From positions 15,842 to 79,841 of IMG/VR virus record IMGVR_UViG_3300046463_001154: a stretch of DNA of 64,000 nucleotides, one strand, 5' to 3'. Source of the DNA: a virus. This document shows, one piece after another, positions 26,859 through 36,197 of this stretch. Below the pieces are notes generated by a model, which saw only the letters and a list, made by a program, of their open reading frames with translations, was not told the origin of the DNA and did not search any database. The first letter of the stretch is position 1. Every line of letters starts with the position of its first letter. The position numbers and the translations under genes are program-made.

Positions 26859-29108
26859 ATGATGGACACCGCCAGTCTGACTGCGAGCATGAAGCCCATG
26901 GCATCCGCGATCCGTCGCTCGGGTGTGCTGTTGGAAGAACCGAATGAGCTGGACCCGGAGCTCATGAACGTTTGCGGGTTGAACCCCTGGGATGGCCATA
27001 ACTCGGCAGCCCGCAAACAGATGTTTTCGTCGCACGTCGGTCAGTGTCTCGTGATCAAGGGCTCGACCGAGCGCCGCTGCCAGAGCGGTACTGAACGCGA
27101 GTTCGGCAAGTACACCTTCTCGACGAAGGTGCCGGTCGATTGCGAAGTGATCAAGGTGATCGACCGCTATCGCGAAACGTTCGGTCAAGACACAGTGCTG
27201 AAACGCCGTCAGGACAATCCGCACAGCGTGATCATTTACGAGAACGTTCACACGAAGGAAATCGGCTGCATCAACATCACGACGCACACGTCGTACCACT
27301 CGTATTTCGGATTCCGCAACGCGATCAAGCCTGCGCTCTCCGACATCCGTGTGGGCAGCTATCTGAAGGAAGGCACGATCCTCGCTGACTCGCCGTCGGT
27401 GACGGACACGGGCGGATACAAGTACGGGCGCGAATGCAACGTCGCCTACATGAGTCATCCGGCCACCTCTGAGGACGGCATCATGATCAGTGCGGAGGTC
27501 CTCAAAGAATTCGGCTTCAAGAAGTACGAGACGCGGGTGGTGGAGTTCGGCAGCAAGGCGTATCCGCTGAACCTCTACGGCGACGAAGACAACTTCAAGG
27601 CGTTCCCGGACATCGGCGAATTTGTGCGTGAGGATGGCGTGCTGATGGCACTGCGTCCGCATGACAAAGATCCGAAGAGCTTCGACCGCGAACTGGCGAT
27701 CGTCGAGCAAGGTACGTACGACCTGATGGAGATCGATCACGTCTTTGACAAGATGATTTACGCAGACGGTGCGGGCGGACGAGTAATCGACATCCGTGTT
27801 CACCATGACACGCAGGCGAACAATTCGCCGACGCCCATTGGCATGGACGCTCAGGCAGATCGATACGATCGGGCCCGTCGTCAGTTCTATTCGGACATCG
27901 TCTACGAATCGCGGCGCCTCGAGCGCGAGCGCAAGGAATCGCTACGCCTCACGCCCGAGTTTCATCGTCTCGTAGTTGAAGCACTGTCCGTGGTGCAGGA
28001 ATCCAAGGAGCGCATCTACAAGCTGTATCGCAAGGCTCCGCTGGATGACTGGCGCATCGAGTTCACGATCGAGTACGACGTCACGCCGACGATCGGCTTC
28101 AAGCTGACCGACACGCATGGCGGTAAGGGCGTGATCTGTAACGTCGTGCCGGCGGATCACATGCCGGTCGATGCAGACGGCAATCGTGCGGACATCGTGA
28201 TGGATCCGAACTCGACGGTGTCGCGAATGAATCTTGGCCGGAAGTACGAGATCTACATCAACGCGCACTCGCGTGACGTTGCCAAGCAAATTCGCGCATG
28301 GTTCGGCATCGCGGAGAACGATCGCCAGGCTTTAGCCAAGGCGCAGGAGATCGAGGCGACCAACAAGCCAGTGTTCGACCACGCATGGAACTACTTGATG
28401 CGCTACTACGAAATTGTGGCGCCTGTCATGCATTCGTGGTTCGACGGCGGTGCGTATCTCAAGACACGTGCTGAGCATCTGGCTCAGGTGATTCGTAACG
28501 GCATCTATCTGCATCTGCCGACGAACAATCCGCGCGAGTCCAGCGACATCGTTCGGATGCTCGAAGCCAGCTATCCGTCGACCTACGGGCCCGTGACTTA
28601 CGTCGGCAACTCCGGGCGTCGCGTGACGACTAAGGTCCCGGTCCGTATTGGCAGCGTCTACATCATCCTGCTGGAAAAGATCGCGGACGACTGGACGGCA
28701 GTCTCGTCTGGCAAGACGCAGCACTACGGCGTCCTGTCTCAGGTGACCAACGCAGACAAGCACGCCCTGCCCTACCGCGCTCAATCGATTCGTGCATGGG
28801 GTGAAGCAGAAAAGCGGATCTTGGCGTCCTATGTTGGACCGCGTGCATCGGCCGAGGTCATGGACCGCAACAACAACCCGCAAACGCACGAGATGGTGTG
28901 CAACGCGATTCTCGATGCCGACCAACCGACCAACATCCACAGCGCCGTGGATCGCTCGGTCATTCCGTATGGCAACTCTCGTCCGTTGCAGCTGGTGAAG
29001 CACATCCTCGCGTGTGCGGGCGTCCAGTTCGTCTATCGACCCTACTCACCCCCCTGGAAAGGGCGGAGCGGGAACCTGGCACAAGAGCAAGCAGCACTCA
29101 ATCATTGA
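26859..29108 (+). CDS. Non-virion RNAP beta-like subunit, C-terminal part (phiKZ gp71-73-like, uninterrupted)
   Basis: NSAARKQM, SEDGI, GFKLTDTHGGKGVI, ADIVMDPNSTVSRMNLG, YIILLEK and GEAE beta-subunit motifs. Confidence 0.92.
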   Translation: MMDTASLTASMKPMASAIRRSGVLLEEPNELDPELMNVCGLNPWDGHNSAARKQMFSSHVGQCLVIKGSTERRCQSGTEREFGKYTFSTKVPVDCEVIKVIDRYRETFGQDTVLKRRQDNPHSVIIYENVHTKEIGCINITTHTSYHSYFGFRNAIKPALSDIRVGSYLKEGTILADSPSVTDTGGYKYGRECNVAYMSHPATSEDGIMISAEVLKEFGFKKYETRVVEFGSKAYPLNLYGDEDNFKAFPDIGEFVREDGVLMALRPHDKDPKSFDRELAIVEQGTYDLMEIDHVFDKMIYADGAGGRVIDIRVHHDTQANNSPTPIGMDAQADRYDRARRQFYSDIVYESRRLERERKESLRLTPEFHRLVVEALSVVQESKERIYKLYRKAPLDDWRIEFTIEYDVTPTIGFKLTDTHGGKGVICNVVPADHMPVDADGNRADIVMDPNSTVSRMNLGRKYEIYINAHSRDVAKQIRAWFGIAENDRQALAKAQEIEATNKPVFDHAWNYLMRYYEIVAPVMHSWFDGGAYLKTRAEHLAQVIRNGIYLHLPTNNPRESSDIVRMLEASYPSTYGPVTYVGNSGRRVTTKVPVRIGSVYIILLEKIADDWTAVSSGKTQHYGVLSQVTNADKHALPYRAQSIRAWGEAEKRILASYVGPRASAEVMDRNNNPQTHEMVCNAILDADQPTNIHSAVDRSVIPYGNSRPLQLVKHILACAGVQFVYRPYSPPWKGRSGNLAQEQAALNH

Positions 29109-29158
29109 AGACGATGTCCGGCCAGCGCATCGGCCGGACAGCTTAACAAGGAAAACAA

Positions 29159-31150
29159 ATGAGACGCATCAGCGCGCGAACTCTCATCGGCACGAGCACA
29201 GAAGAACTGTGGAACTCGCTGTGGGGGTCGTTCATCTGTGTGTTCGACGACGGGGAAATGGAAGTCGACTTTCGGTCGACCATCTATAGCTCGTATGTTT
29301 GGCAGTTCCATCGCGAGTTTCCCCGGACTCCGGTGTTGAAGAAGCATCACGTTCTCTCGGTGCTGGGGGACAAGCGCCTAGGCTCCAACACTCACCTGGA
29401 TCTTCTCGCCAGCGTGGTGTGGGATACGTTCGACGCCTATCAGGGCGATCCGGCAGTCACACTCGATCGACTGGCGAAGCGCACGTACGAGATCACGAAC
29501 GAGATGTACAACGAACTCTCGTATCGACTCGAAGAGTACGTGGTGTCGCTCGACATTACCGACTTCATCGAAGTGCTCGACCATCCGAAGATCATCGAGG
29601 CGAAGAAGCCGTTGTTCTCTGTGCCACTGGAAAAGGTCACCGACAAGATGCTCGAGGACAGCTATCAGGCAGTCGGTGCAGTCATCAAGGGCGGCGTCGA
29701 GTTGAAGAAGAATCCGCTCGCACTCGCAGCACGTGCAGGTACGGTGAAGTTCGACCAGTTGCTCCAGTGCGTCTCCGCTCGCGGGCGCGTCACGGAAATC
29801 GACTCGAACGTCTTCGAACTGCCGATCTTGCGCAGCTACACCGAAGGCTATCGGAACTTCCGCGACTCGCTGGTCGAATCGCGTTCGGCCGCGAAATCCT
29901 TGATCTTCTCGAAGGCACCGTTGCAGCAGGCCGAGTACTTCTCGCGTCGTCTGCAGCTCATGTCGATGAACGTGCAGAACTTGCACAAGGGCGACTGCGG
30001 GACGACCAAGTACCTGAAGTGGCCGATGCGCAAGTCGGATCTCGGTCGTCTGGCCGGCAAGTTCTATCTGGACGAAAAGGAGAACAAGCTCAAGATCATC
30101 CGGAGGAAAGACGAGCACCTCGTCGGCAAGACGGTTCGGATTCGCTCCGTGATGCGATGCGCCCATCCCGACCCGGTCGGTGTGTGTTCGACGTGCTTTG
30201 GCGAACTCGCCAACTCGGTACCGGACTTCACGAATATCGGTCACATGTGCTGCATGTTGTTGACTGAGAAGTCGTCGCAGTCGGTGTTGTCGGTCAAACA
30301 CTTGGATAGCTCCGCATCGATCGAGGCAATCGTCTTGCGGGACGCGGACAAGCTGTACCTGAAGGTTGGGTCGGACGACAACTCGTATCTGATGGCAGAT
30401 CGGCTGAAGGACATGCCTGTGAAGCTCGTGATTGCGGCGGAATCGGCGCCGAATCTGAACGACGTGAACGAGATCGACGACCCGGACAACCTCAACATCG
30501 CGCGCTTCTCCGAGCTCGAGAAAGTTGGGCTGCTGGTTGGCGAATACGGTCAGGCCGAAGGTCTAGACATCCTGACGGAGGTGAGTGGTCGCAAGGCTTC
30601 GATGACGCACTCGCTCTTGCATCACATCCGCCGCGTTGGCTGGGATCTCGATCCGGACACTGGGAATTACGTCATCGATATGAGGGATTGGGACTGGTCG
30701 CTGCCGATTCTGGCGCTTCCCCTCAAGCACTTCAACATGTCGGACCACTCGCGGGACATCGCGAAGATGTTGGAGTCGAGCGTCAAGATGATGCAAGACC
30801 GGGATACGAACGTCCGGGCGGATGACGCCTTGATCGAACTGTACGACCTGGTCAACAGCAAGCTTGACGTGAACCTCACGGTGCTTGATGTCGTTCTCTA
30901 CGAAGCGATGATTGTTTCGGCGGAGGACGGAGACTACAGCTTGCCGAAGCCATGGACTGATGAAGGTCTCGGCGTGATGTCGCTTTCGATGTTGCATCGA
31001 TCGGGTGCCCAAACGATGGCCTTCGAAGACCATCGTGAATTCATCACCGATCCGGTGAGCTACATCAACACTAACCGGATGGACCACCCGTTTGACGTCG
31101 CGCTCTGTCCGCGCGAAGTCTTCGAGCATCTGGAGCGTGGCAGCGCATAA
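29159..31150 (+). CDS. Non-virion RNAP beta'-like subunit, C-terminal part (phiKZ gp74-like)
   Basis: Bridge-helix-like ESRSAAKSL...EYFSRRLQL, DCGT, RSVMRC...VCSTCFG and SQSVLSVKH. Confidence 0.9.
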   Translation: MRRISARTLIGTSTEELWNSLWGSFICVFDDGEMEVDFRSTIYSSYVWQFHREFPRTPVLKKHHVLSVLGDKRLGSNTHLDLLASVVWDTFDAYQGDPAVTLDRLAKRTYEITNEMYNELSYRLEEYVVSLDITDFIEVLDHPKIIEAKKPLFSVPLEKVTDKMLEDSYQAVGAVIKGGVELKKNPLALAARAGTVKFDQLLQCVSARGRVTEIDSNVFELPILRSYTEGYRNFRDSLVESRSAAKSLIFSKAPLQQAEYFSRRLQLMSMNVQNLHKGDCGTTKYLKWPMRKSDLGRLAGKFYLDEKENKLKIIRRKDEHLVGKTVRIRSVMRCAHPDPVGVCSTCFGELANSVPDFTNIGHMCCMLLTEKSSQSVLSVKHLDSSASIEAIVLRDADKLYLKVGSDDNSYLMADRLKDMPVKLVIAAESAPNLNDVNEIDDPDNLNIARFSELEKVGLLVGEYGQAEGLDILTEVSGRKASMTHSLLHHIRRVGWDLDPDTGNYVIDMRDWDWSLPILALPLKHFNMSDHSRDIAKMLESSVKMMQDRDTNVRADDALIELYDLVNSKLDVNLTVLDVVLYEAMIVSAEDGDYSLPKPWTDEGLGVMSLSMLHRSGAQTMAFEDHREFITDPVSYINTNRMDHPFDVALCPREVFEHLERGSA

Positions 31151-31218
31151 GCATCGTGGTGCGGGGGATTGCAACCGTCCGCTCAATCCCCTTCCTCCCG
31201 TTCTATGCAGGTTTGATT

Positions 31219-32745
31219 ATGGCTGAGCTTCTGATTCGTCTTCATTCGCATCACTTCGTTGTCAGCAAGGTGACGCCGCGTGCCATGCCCGCGGTGATCG
31301 GGTTCACCAAGCAATTCGTGCAACCACTTCGGACCAAGCCGAGTCCTTACTCGAAAAAGCCGCCGCCTAAGCCGGCCGTGTACGCAGCGCACTGTAGTGA
31401 TACTGGGGAGTATCGCTACCACATCAACGTCTTCAAGAAGTTCGAGGAACATCTCGGCTACCACAATCTCAAGGACTCACTGATCGAAATCGAACGTCCG
31501 GAGCTGCCAGCCGTACGTGAAGTGGAGCTGCCCATTTTCGACAAGTGGGATCTTCGCGACTATCAGGACGAGGGCGTCGAGTATGTGCTGAAACCCGATG
31601 GCTCGGTGTCGAAATTGATCGAGTTCCAGACTGGTAAGGGTAAGGGCGTGACGTCTTTGTTTGCGGTGTCGAAGACCGGTCTCGCGCCGGTCATCATCGT
31701 GAAGCCGATGTACCTCGAGAAGTGGGTCGAAGAAATCCGCGACGTCTATGACATCGCTATCGAAGACCTCATGGTTATTCGCGGGAGCGAACACCTGATG
31801 GCACTTCTTGAGATGGCTGCCGCCGGCGAGCTCACGAGCAAGATCGTCCTCATCAGTAACAAGACGATCCAGAACTGGCTCAAGTTGTACGAGCGGTTCG
31901 GCGATCAGACGCTTGAGATGGGTTACGTGTGCCGTCCTTCGGAGCTCATGCAGACACTGCGTTCGGGCTTTCGCTTGATTGATGAAGTGCACCAGGACTT
32001 CCATCTGAACTTCAAGCTCGACCTGTACACGCACTGCCAACGTTCGCTCTCACTGTCGGCGACGCTCGAAAAGGAAGATGCGTTCATCAACCGCATGTAC
32101 GAGATCGCGTATCCGACGCCCGACCGTCACAAGGGACCGGCGTACGACCGATACACGAATGCGACCGCCCTCTTCTACCGAATCCAGCGTCCTGAAAAGA
32201 TTCGATGCGTAGAGAACGGCAACTACTCGAACCATGTGTACGAGAAGTATCTGATGAACAATCCGCAGGTGTGCTCTAACTACCTGCATTTGATCGATCA
32301 GGTGTTGAAGGCGAAATATCTCAGGAACTACCAGCCCACCGAAAAGGCAATCATCTTCTGCGCGTCGATCGAGTTTTGCACGCTCGTGACGGAGTTCATG
32401 CGCAAGCAGTATCCGAACATGGACGTGCGGCGATACGTCGAAGATGACCCGTTCGAAAACTGTATCGAGGCAGACATTCGCGTGACGACTCCGCAGTCGG
32501 CAGGCACGGCAGTCGACATCCCGAACTTGACCACGAACATCATGTCGGTGGCGATTTCGAGTCAGCAGTCGATCCTGCAGATCTTCGGCCGTACGCGAAA
32601 GCTGAAATCCGGTAAGACTCCCGAGTGTGTTTCGCTGTACTGCTCGGATGTCGATAAGCACGTGAGCTATCAGCAGAAGAACCAAGAACTGCTGCGCAAC
32701 CGTGCTTTGAACTACTCGTCAGTTTTCATCCCCAACGCATTGTGA
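31219..32745 (+). CDS. Superfamily 2 helicase (phiKZ gp75-like)
   Basis: LRDYQ, QTGKGK, DEVH, LSAT and QIFGRTR motifs. Confidence 0.9.
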   Translation: MAELLIRLHSHHFVVSKVTPRAMPAVIGFTKQFVQPLRTKPSPYSKKPPPKPAVYAAHCSDTGEYRYHINVFKKFEEHLGYHNLKDSLIEIERPELPAVREVELPIFDKWDLRDYQDEGVEYVLKPDGSVSKLIEFQTGKGKGVTSLFAVSKTGLAPVIIVKPMYLEKWVEEIRDVYDIAIEDLMVIRGSEHLMALLEMAAAGELTSKIVLISNKTIQNWLKLYERFGDQTLEMGYVCRPSELMQTLRSGFRLIDEVHQDFHLNFKLDLYTHCQRSLSLSATLEKEDAFINRMYEIAYPTPDRHKGPAYDRYTNATALFYRIQRPEKIRCVENGNYSNHVYEKYLMNNPQVCSNYLHLIDQVLKAKYLRNYQPTEKAIIFCASIEFCTLVTEFMRKQYPNMDVRRYVEDDPFENCIEADIRVTTPQSAGTAVDIPNLTTNIMSVAISSQQSILQIFGRTRKLKSGKTPECVSLYCSDVDKHVSYQQKNQELLRNRALNYSSVFIPNAL

Positions 32746-32919
32746 AGCTAGGAGGTAGCAAGGAAACGTAGGAAACGAATCAAGGATCAACAAGAAAAAG
32801 AACGTAGGCCAGTACGGGGCCGGGCCATAGGGCGGCCCGGTTATAAATAGCTTTTTCGATACGAGTATCACACTTGAACAGCAGCTGAATAACAATTCTT
32901 ATAAACGAGGAAGTCAAGC

Positions 32920-33360
32920 ATGAATCGCGTTGTCATTAATCGCATCACCCCCGTCGGTACCGCTATCGTGGAAATGTTGTATCTCATGTTCCAACATCAG
33001 GGATCACCTCGCGGCAATACGCACATCACTCAGCACACTGAGCGGAGCATGCGTGTCACGCGCTTAAAGATGTTCGTCGAGAAGCATCCCGGAGGCCGCC
33101 ACTTCGGCTGCCGTAACGCCTGGATCTGCGAGACGGACCGCAATGTGTTCAGTGTCTATTTGACGGACTATGAGCAAACGACTGATCTCTTCAAGGATCA
33201 CCAGTGCTTGGAAGATGGACTGGAGTTCTTGAACGGCTATGAGTATCAGTTGTCCGAACTGTATCAGGCATGCCAGGACGTTCAAGATTTCCTGGTGAAA
33301 GAAAAGCTTCCGATGCGTGGTTTCCAACGCACGCCGGAGCTCGTCCAGAAAGCGGCTTAA
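32920..33360 (+). CDS. Hypothetical protein
   Basis: 146 aa with GAGG RBS, followed by a terminator. Confidence 0.65.
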   Translation: MNRVVINRITPVGTAIVEMLYLMFQHQGSPRGNTHITQHTERSMRVTRLKMFVEKHPGGRHFGCRNAWICETDRNVFSVYLTDYEQTTDLFKDHQCLEDGLEFLNGYEYQLSELYQACQDVQDFLVKEKLPMRGFQRTPELVQKAA

Positions 33361-33374
33361 TACCGTAACGCAGG

Positions 33375-33419
33375 CTGCCAGGGGGAGACCCCTGGCAGTT
33401 ATGCCGTCTTTGTTTTTTT
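33375..33419 (+). terminator. Intrinsic terminator
   Basis: ctgccagggg-GAGA-cccctggcag, then TATGCCGTC and a T-run. Confidence 0.8.
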
Positions 33420-33443
33420 GCTGATCCTAGAAAGTTTCAGTCA

Positions 33444-33460
33444 CATATGACGTCCCTGAA
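33444..33460 (+). promoter_or_regulatory. Putative early promoter
   Basis: CATATGAC-gtccc-TGAA preceded by gtttcagtca (compare gtttcaggca at chmA). Confidence 0.6.
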
Positions 33461-33521
33461 CCAGATCGAGTGTCGCCGAGCGCGGTGGCCTCGCTTATCG
33501 ATTTCTTCAGGGACGTCAATC

Positions 33522-33863
33522 ATGAACGCAGAGAACAAGAAAGTGTTGGAACACATCAAGCTTCGCGGTGCGGAAATTGGCCACGTCTATAACTGCCAGT
33601 TCGGGGAACAGGGCGAGGCTCGCTACGAGGAAAACGCGCCGTGCGAAGTGCTCGCCATCAAGAAGGACGATGTCGGCAGGCCGGTTCTTTTGGTCCGCAA
33701 GCTGCAGCAGAAAAGACATATCGGGATCGCCACGCTCGGCGATGAAGGCACACACGGTGCGGTGTACTGCGCCCGCAGCCGGGTCATCGGTGCAGAAGGA
33801 CCCGGCTGGCTTCGGCTCAATGGCCTTGCAGATGCCAAGCGCGCACTGGGCTGGCAAGACTGA
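33522..33863 (+). CDS. Hypothetical protein
   Basis: 113 aa from ATG 33522, downstream of the early motif. Confidence 0.55.
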   Translation: MNAENKKVLEHIKLRGAEIGHVYNCQFGEQGEARYEENAPCEVLAIKKDDVGRPVLLVRKLQQKRHIGIATLGDEGTHGAVYCARSRVIGAEGPGWLRLNGLADAKRALGWQD

Positions 33864-33920
33864 TCGACAACGTCGTCCAGCACGAATATTCTAACCACAT
33901 CGAAAACAAGGAGTATCACC

Positions 33921-34409
33921 ATGAGCAAGAGAACGCCGGACCAAATCCACCGGGCAGCGGAAAGCCTTCGCGCAGAGTTGGCGGGCAAGATCGAGAAGTT
34001 CGGTTACACGCAACTCGTCATCTTCCCGACGGAAGAGGATCCTGACACCGTGAAGTTCATGTACACCATCGGTCTGACCAAGAAGGGCTTCCCGGAGATT
34101 CTGGTCTCTGGCAACCTGACCAACCAGGGTGCAATGGACATCATTGCTGAAGTCGCAAGCGATCTGGAGCGCAACAACGGCCAGATTGAGATGGGCGTAC
34201 GCGACGACCTGTTCAGCGTGCGTGTTGAACTGCGCGACGTAACCAGTCCCGTGGCACGGAACGAGTATGTCTGCCAAGCCGTGGAAATGTACGGCGAGCA
34301 GGTGCGCGTCATTCAAGTCGTTTGGGCGGATCCGAACAACTTCCTGCCAAACGAGGAGGGCTACGACTCCGCGAAGTGCGTGCAGGAATTCTTGCCGATG
34401 GTCCAGTAA
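33921..34409 (+). CDS. DUF4262-family protein
   Basis: FMYTIGL...GFPEILVSG and QVVWADP..LP...Y....Q pattern; AAGGAG RBS. Confidence 0.7.
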   Translation: MSKRTPDQIHRAAESLRAELAGKIEKFGYTQLVIFPTEEDPDTVKFMYTIGLTKKGFPEILVSGNLTNQGAMDIIAEVASDLERNNGQIEMGVRDDLFSVRVELRDVTSPVARNEYVCQAVEMYGEQVRVIQVVWADPNNFLPNEEGYDSAKCVQEFLPMVQ

Positions 34410-34466
34410 AACGACTGCGGCGGGAAGACCATCCGTGTCCGATCTAACCTGAGAGAGGGTAAAATC

Positions 34467-34787
34467 ATGCGTGAGAAGCAGTTCAGCGCTACACAGCGCA
34501 CAGTGTTGAATATGCTGTTGATGGACCCACCGACCTGCGCGGTCGAGATCAAAGCGGCGGCCGAGTATCTGACCGTACTCGCTGACCACATCAAGTTAGA
34601 AACGGAAGTTCGCAAACACGTCTGGTCCGAACGAGATCTTGAACTCGTCGCGAGCCTGTCGCAATCACTGGTCTCATCCACGTCGCAGCACATCGATCAA
34701 GAACAGCGTAACGCGCTGATTACTCACGCCCAGCTTGCGCTCATTCATCCCCGACTTGTCGTCTGTCTGGGCGACGAAATCGAATAA
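34467..34787 (+). CDS. Hypothetical protein
   Basis: 106 aa with GAGG RBS. Confidence 0.55.
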   Translation: MREKQFSATQRTVLNMLLMDPPTCAVEIKAAAEYLTVLADHIKLETEVRKHVWSERDLELVASLSQSLVSSTSQHIDQEQRNALITHAQLALIHPRLVVCLGDEIE

Positions 34788-34799
34788 GGCATTACCTCC

Positions 34800-35327
34800 A
34801 TGAACGATACATTTGGCGAGGACATTCTCGCAATCAATCAACGCGCTTTCAATGAGCTGCGCGAATATCTCGCTGGACAGACTACTGACCATAAAGGCGT
34901 GGTGCTTGTCCCGTCGACGTCTGTCGCTCGCATCGGTAATGTGAAAGACGCGGCTGAACAGATCCTGCTCGTGGCGAAGTATCTGAAGTTGAAGGTCTGG
35001 TCAGGCCTCATGGCCTGCTGCCTCGTCAACGGCGTGCTTCCCGTCGAGGGCAGTCTCGATGCGGTCGATGCACTCACGACGTTCGACGGCCGTCAGCTCT
35101 CTGTCGCGAGCACGACAGCACATCGGATCCGCAGGGACCTGAGCGAATGGCGGACGTCCGAGCGCAACGTTGGGTTAGTAGATCCAGTTTCCTTCTTCGC
35201 GTGGTGCGAGGAAGAGGACATCGATACCAACTACGTTCGACTGTTCCGCGAGGTTGCCGGGTGCGGTGCAGGAAAGATGATCGGTGTCCTTCCGCTCGTC
35301 GACGTCGTGCGCTACAGCTACGATTGA
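34800..35327 (+). CDS. Hypothetical protein
   Basis: 175 aa, followed by a terminator hairpin at 35351-35382. Confidence 0.55.
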   Translation: MNDTFGEDILAINQRAFNELREYLAGQTTDHKGVVLVPSTSVARIGNVKDAAEQILLVAKYLKLKVWSGLMACCLVNGVLPVEGSLDAVDALTTFDGRQLSVASTTAHRIRRDLSEWRTSERNVGLVDPVSFFAWCEEEDIDTNYVRLFREVAGCGAGKMIGVLPLVDVVRYSYD

Positions 35328-35499
35328 TCTCCCCTGCTTGGGGGCATAGACGGCCTGGGAAAACCCAGGCCGTTTTTTATTTGTCAGTTTCCTAAAGATT
35401 TGCTTCAGCGTTCCGATAACCGTCTGAGATGCGGCGGCCTCCGACTCCCTGTGTCCCCTGCCCTTTCGGGCAAACGTTTTCAAATAGAAAGGAACGAAC

Positions 35500-36153
35500 A
35501 TGTTGATTAAGTGCGCCGGCATTGGCCGGCTGGCTCTGTGTGCCTCACTGATTACCGCCTTGGCTGCCTGCTCGCATTCGCCGTCGGAGAGCGACGCGAA
35601 AGCGGTTATCAAGAGTCGTCTGGAAAACTGCGATTACCTTTCGCTCGATAGCTTCGATCGCGTGAACGGCATCGCTCAGGGAGACCAGTACTACAACGTC
35701 GCCGTCGCGTATTCCATTTCGCTTTCGAAGCCCGACAGCGACATCCGTGATCGGTTCAAGGAGCAGGCCAAGCTCACCAATCGAATTGCTGAGTTGCAGA
35801 AGGAATCTGCGGACAGCATGAAGGCGAGCCAGGAACAGTTCCACGAATACGAGCAGGCTCACCCTGACGATACCGATGCATCCGTCCACTTTGACGCAGA
35901 GGACTCGGGCAAGACCCTACGGGACAAGAACCGCGATGAAATCAACGAACTGAGCACCCAGCTCGCACAGGACAATGCCGCAGCGACCTGGTTGAATCGG
36001 CTTCGGAGCAGCTGCCCTCGCGCTGCAGACTCGTGGTTGTACACCATCAAACAGGTCCCGATGCAGGCTCTCCTCGATGGTGATGGCAAGATGAACTTCA
36101 CGGAGACCATCGCAATGATCAAGACCGACAACGGGTGGCAGGCAGCACGCTGA
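35500..36153 (+). CDS. Lipoprotein
   Basis: Signal peptide with lipobox LAAC-S, then PSESDAK; C-terminal MIKTDNGW; own terminator at 36164-36188. Confidence 0.75.
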   Translation: MLIKCAGIGRLALCASLITALAACSHSPSESDAKAVIKSRLENCDYLSLDSFDRVNGIAQGDQYYNVAVAYSISLSKPDSDIRDRFKEQAKLTNRIAELQKESADSMKASQEQFHEYEQAHPDDTDASVHFDAEDSGKTLRDKNRDEINELSTQLAQDNAAATWLNRLRSSCPRAADSWLYTIKQVPMQALLDGDGKMNFTETIAMIKTDNGWQAAR

Positions 36154-36197
36154 GTGAAACACGACGGGTCTCCGGACCCGTTTTTTTTGCTCAAAAA

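Noticed and set aside
32864-32878. AGTATCAC-act-TGAA as another early promoter
   Set aside because: Spacing is 3 rather than 5 and the core differs, so it is not counted.
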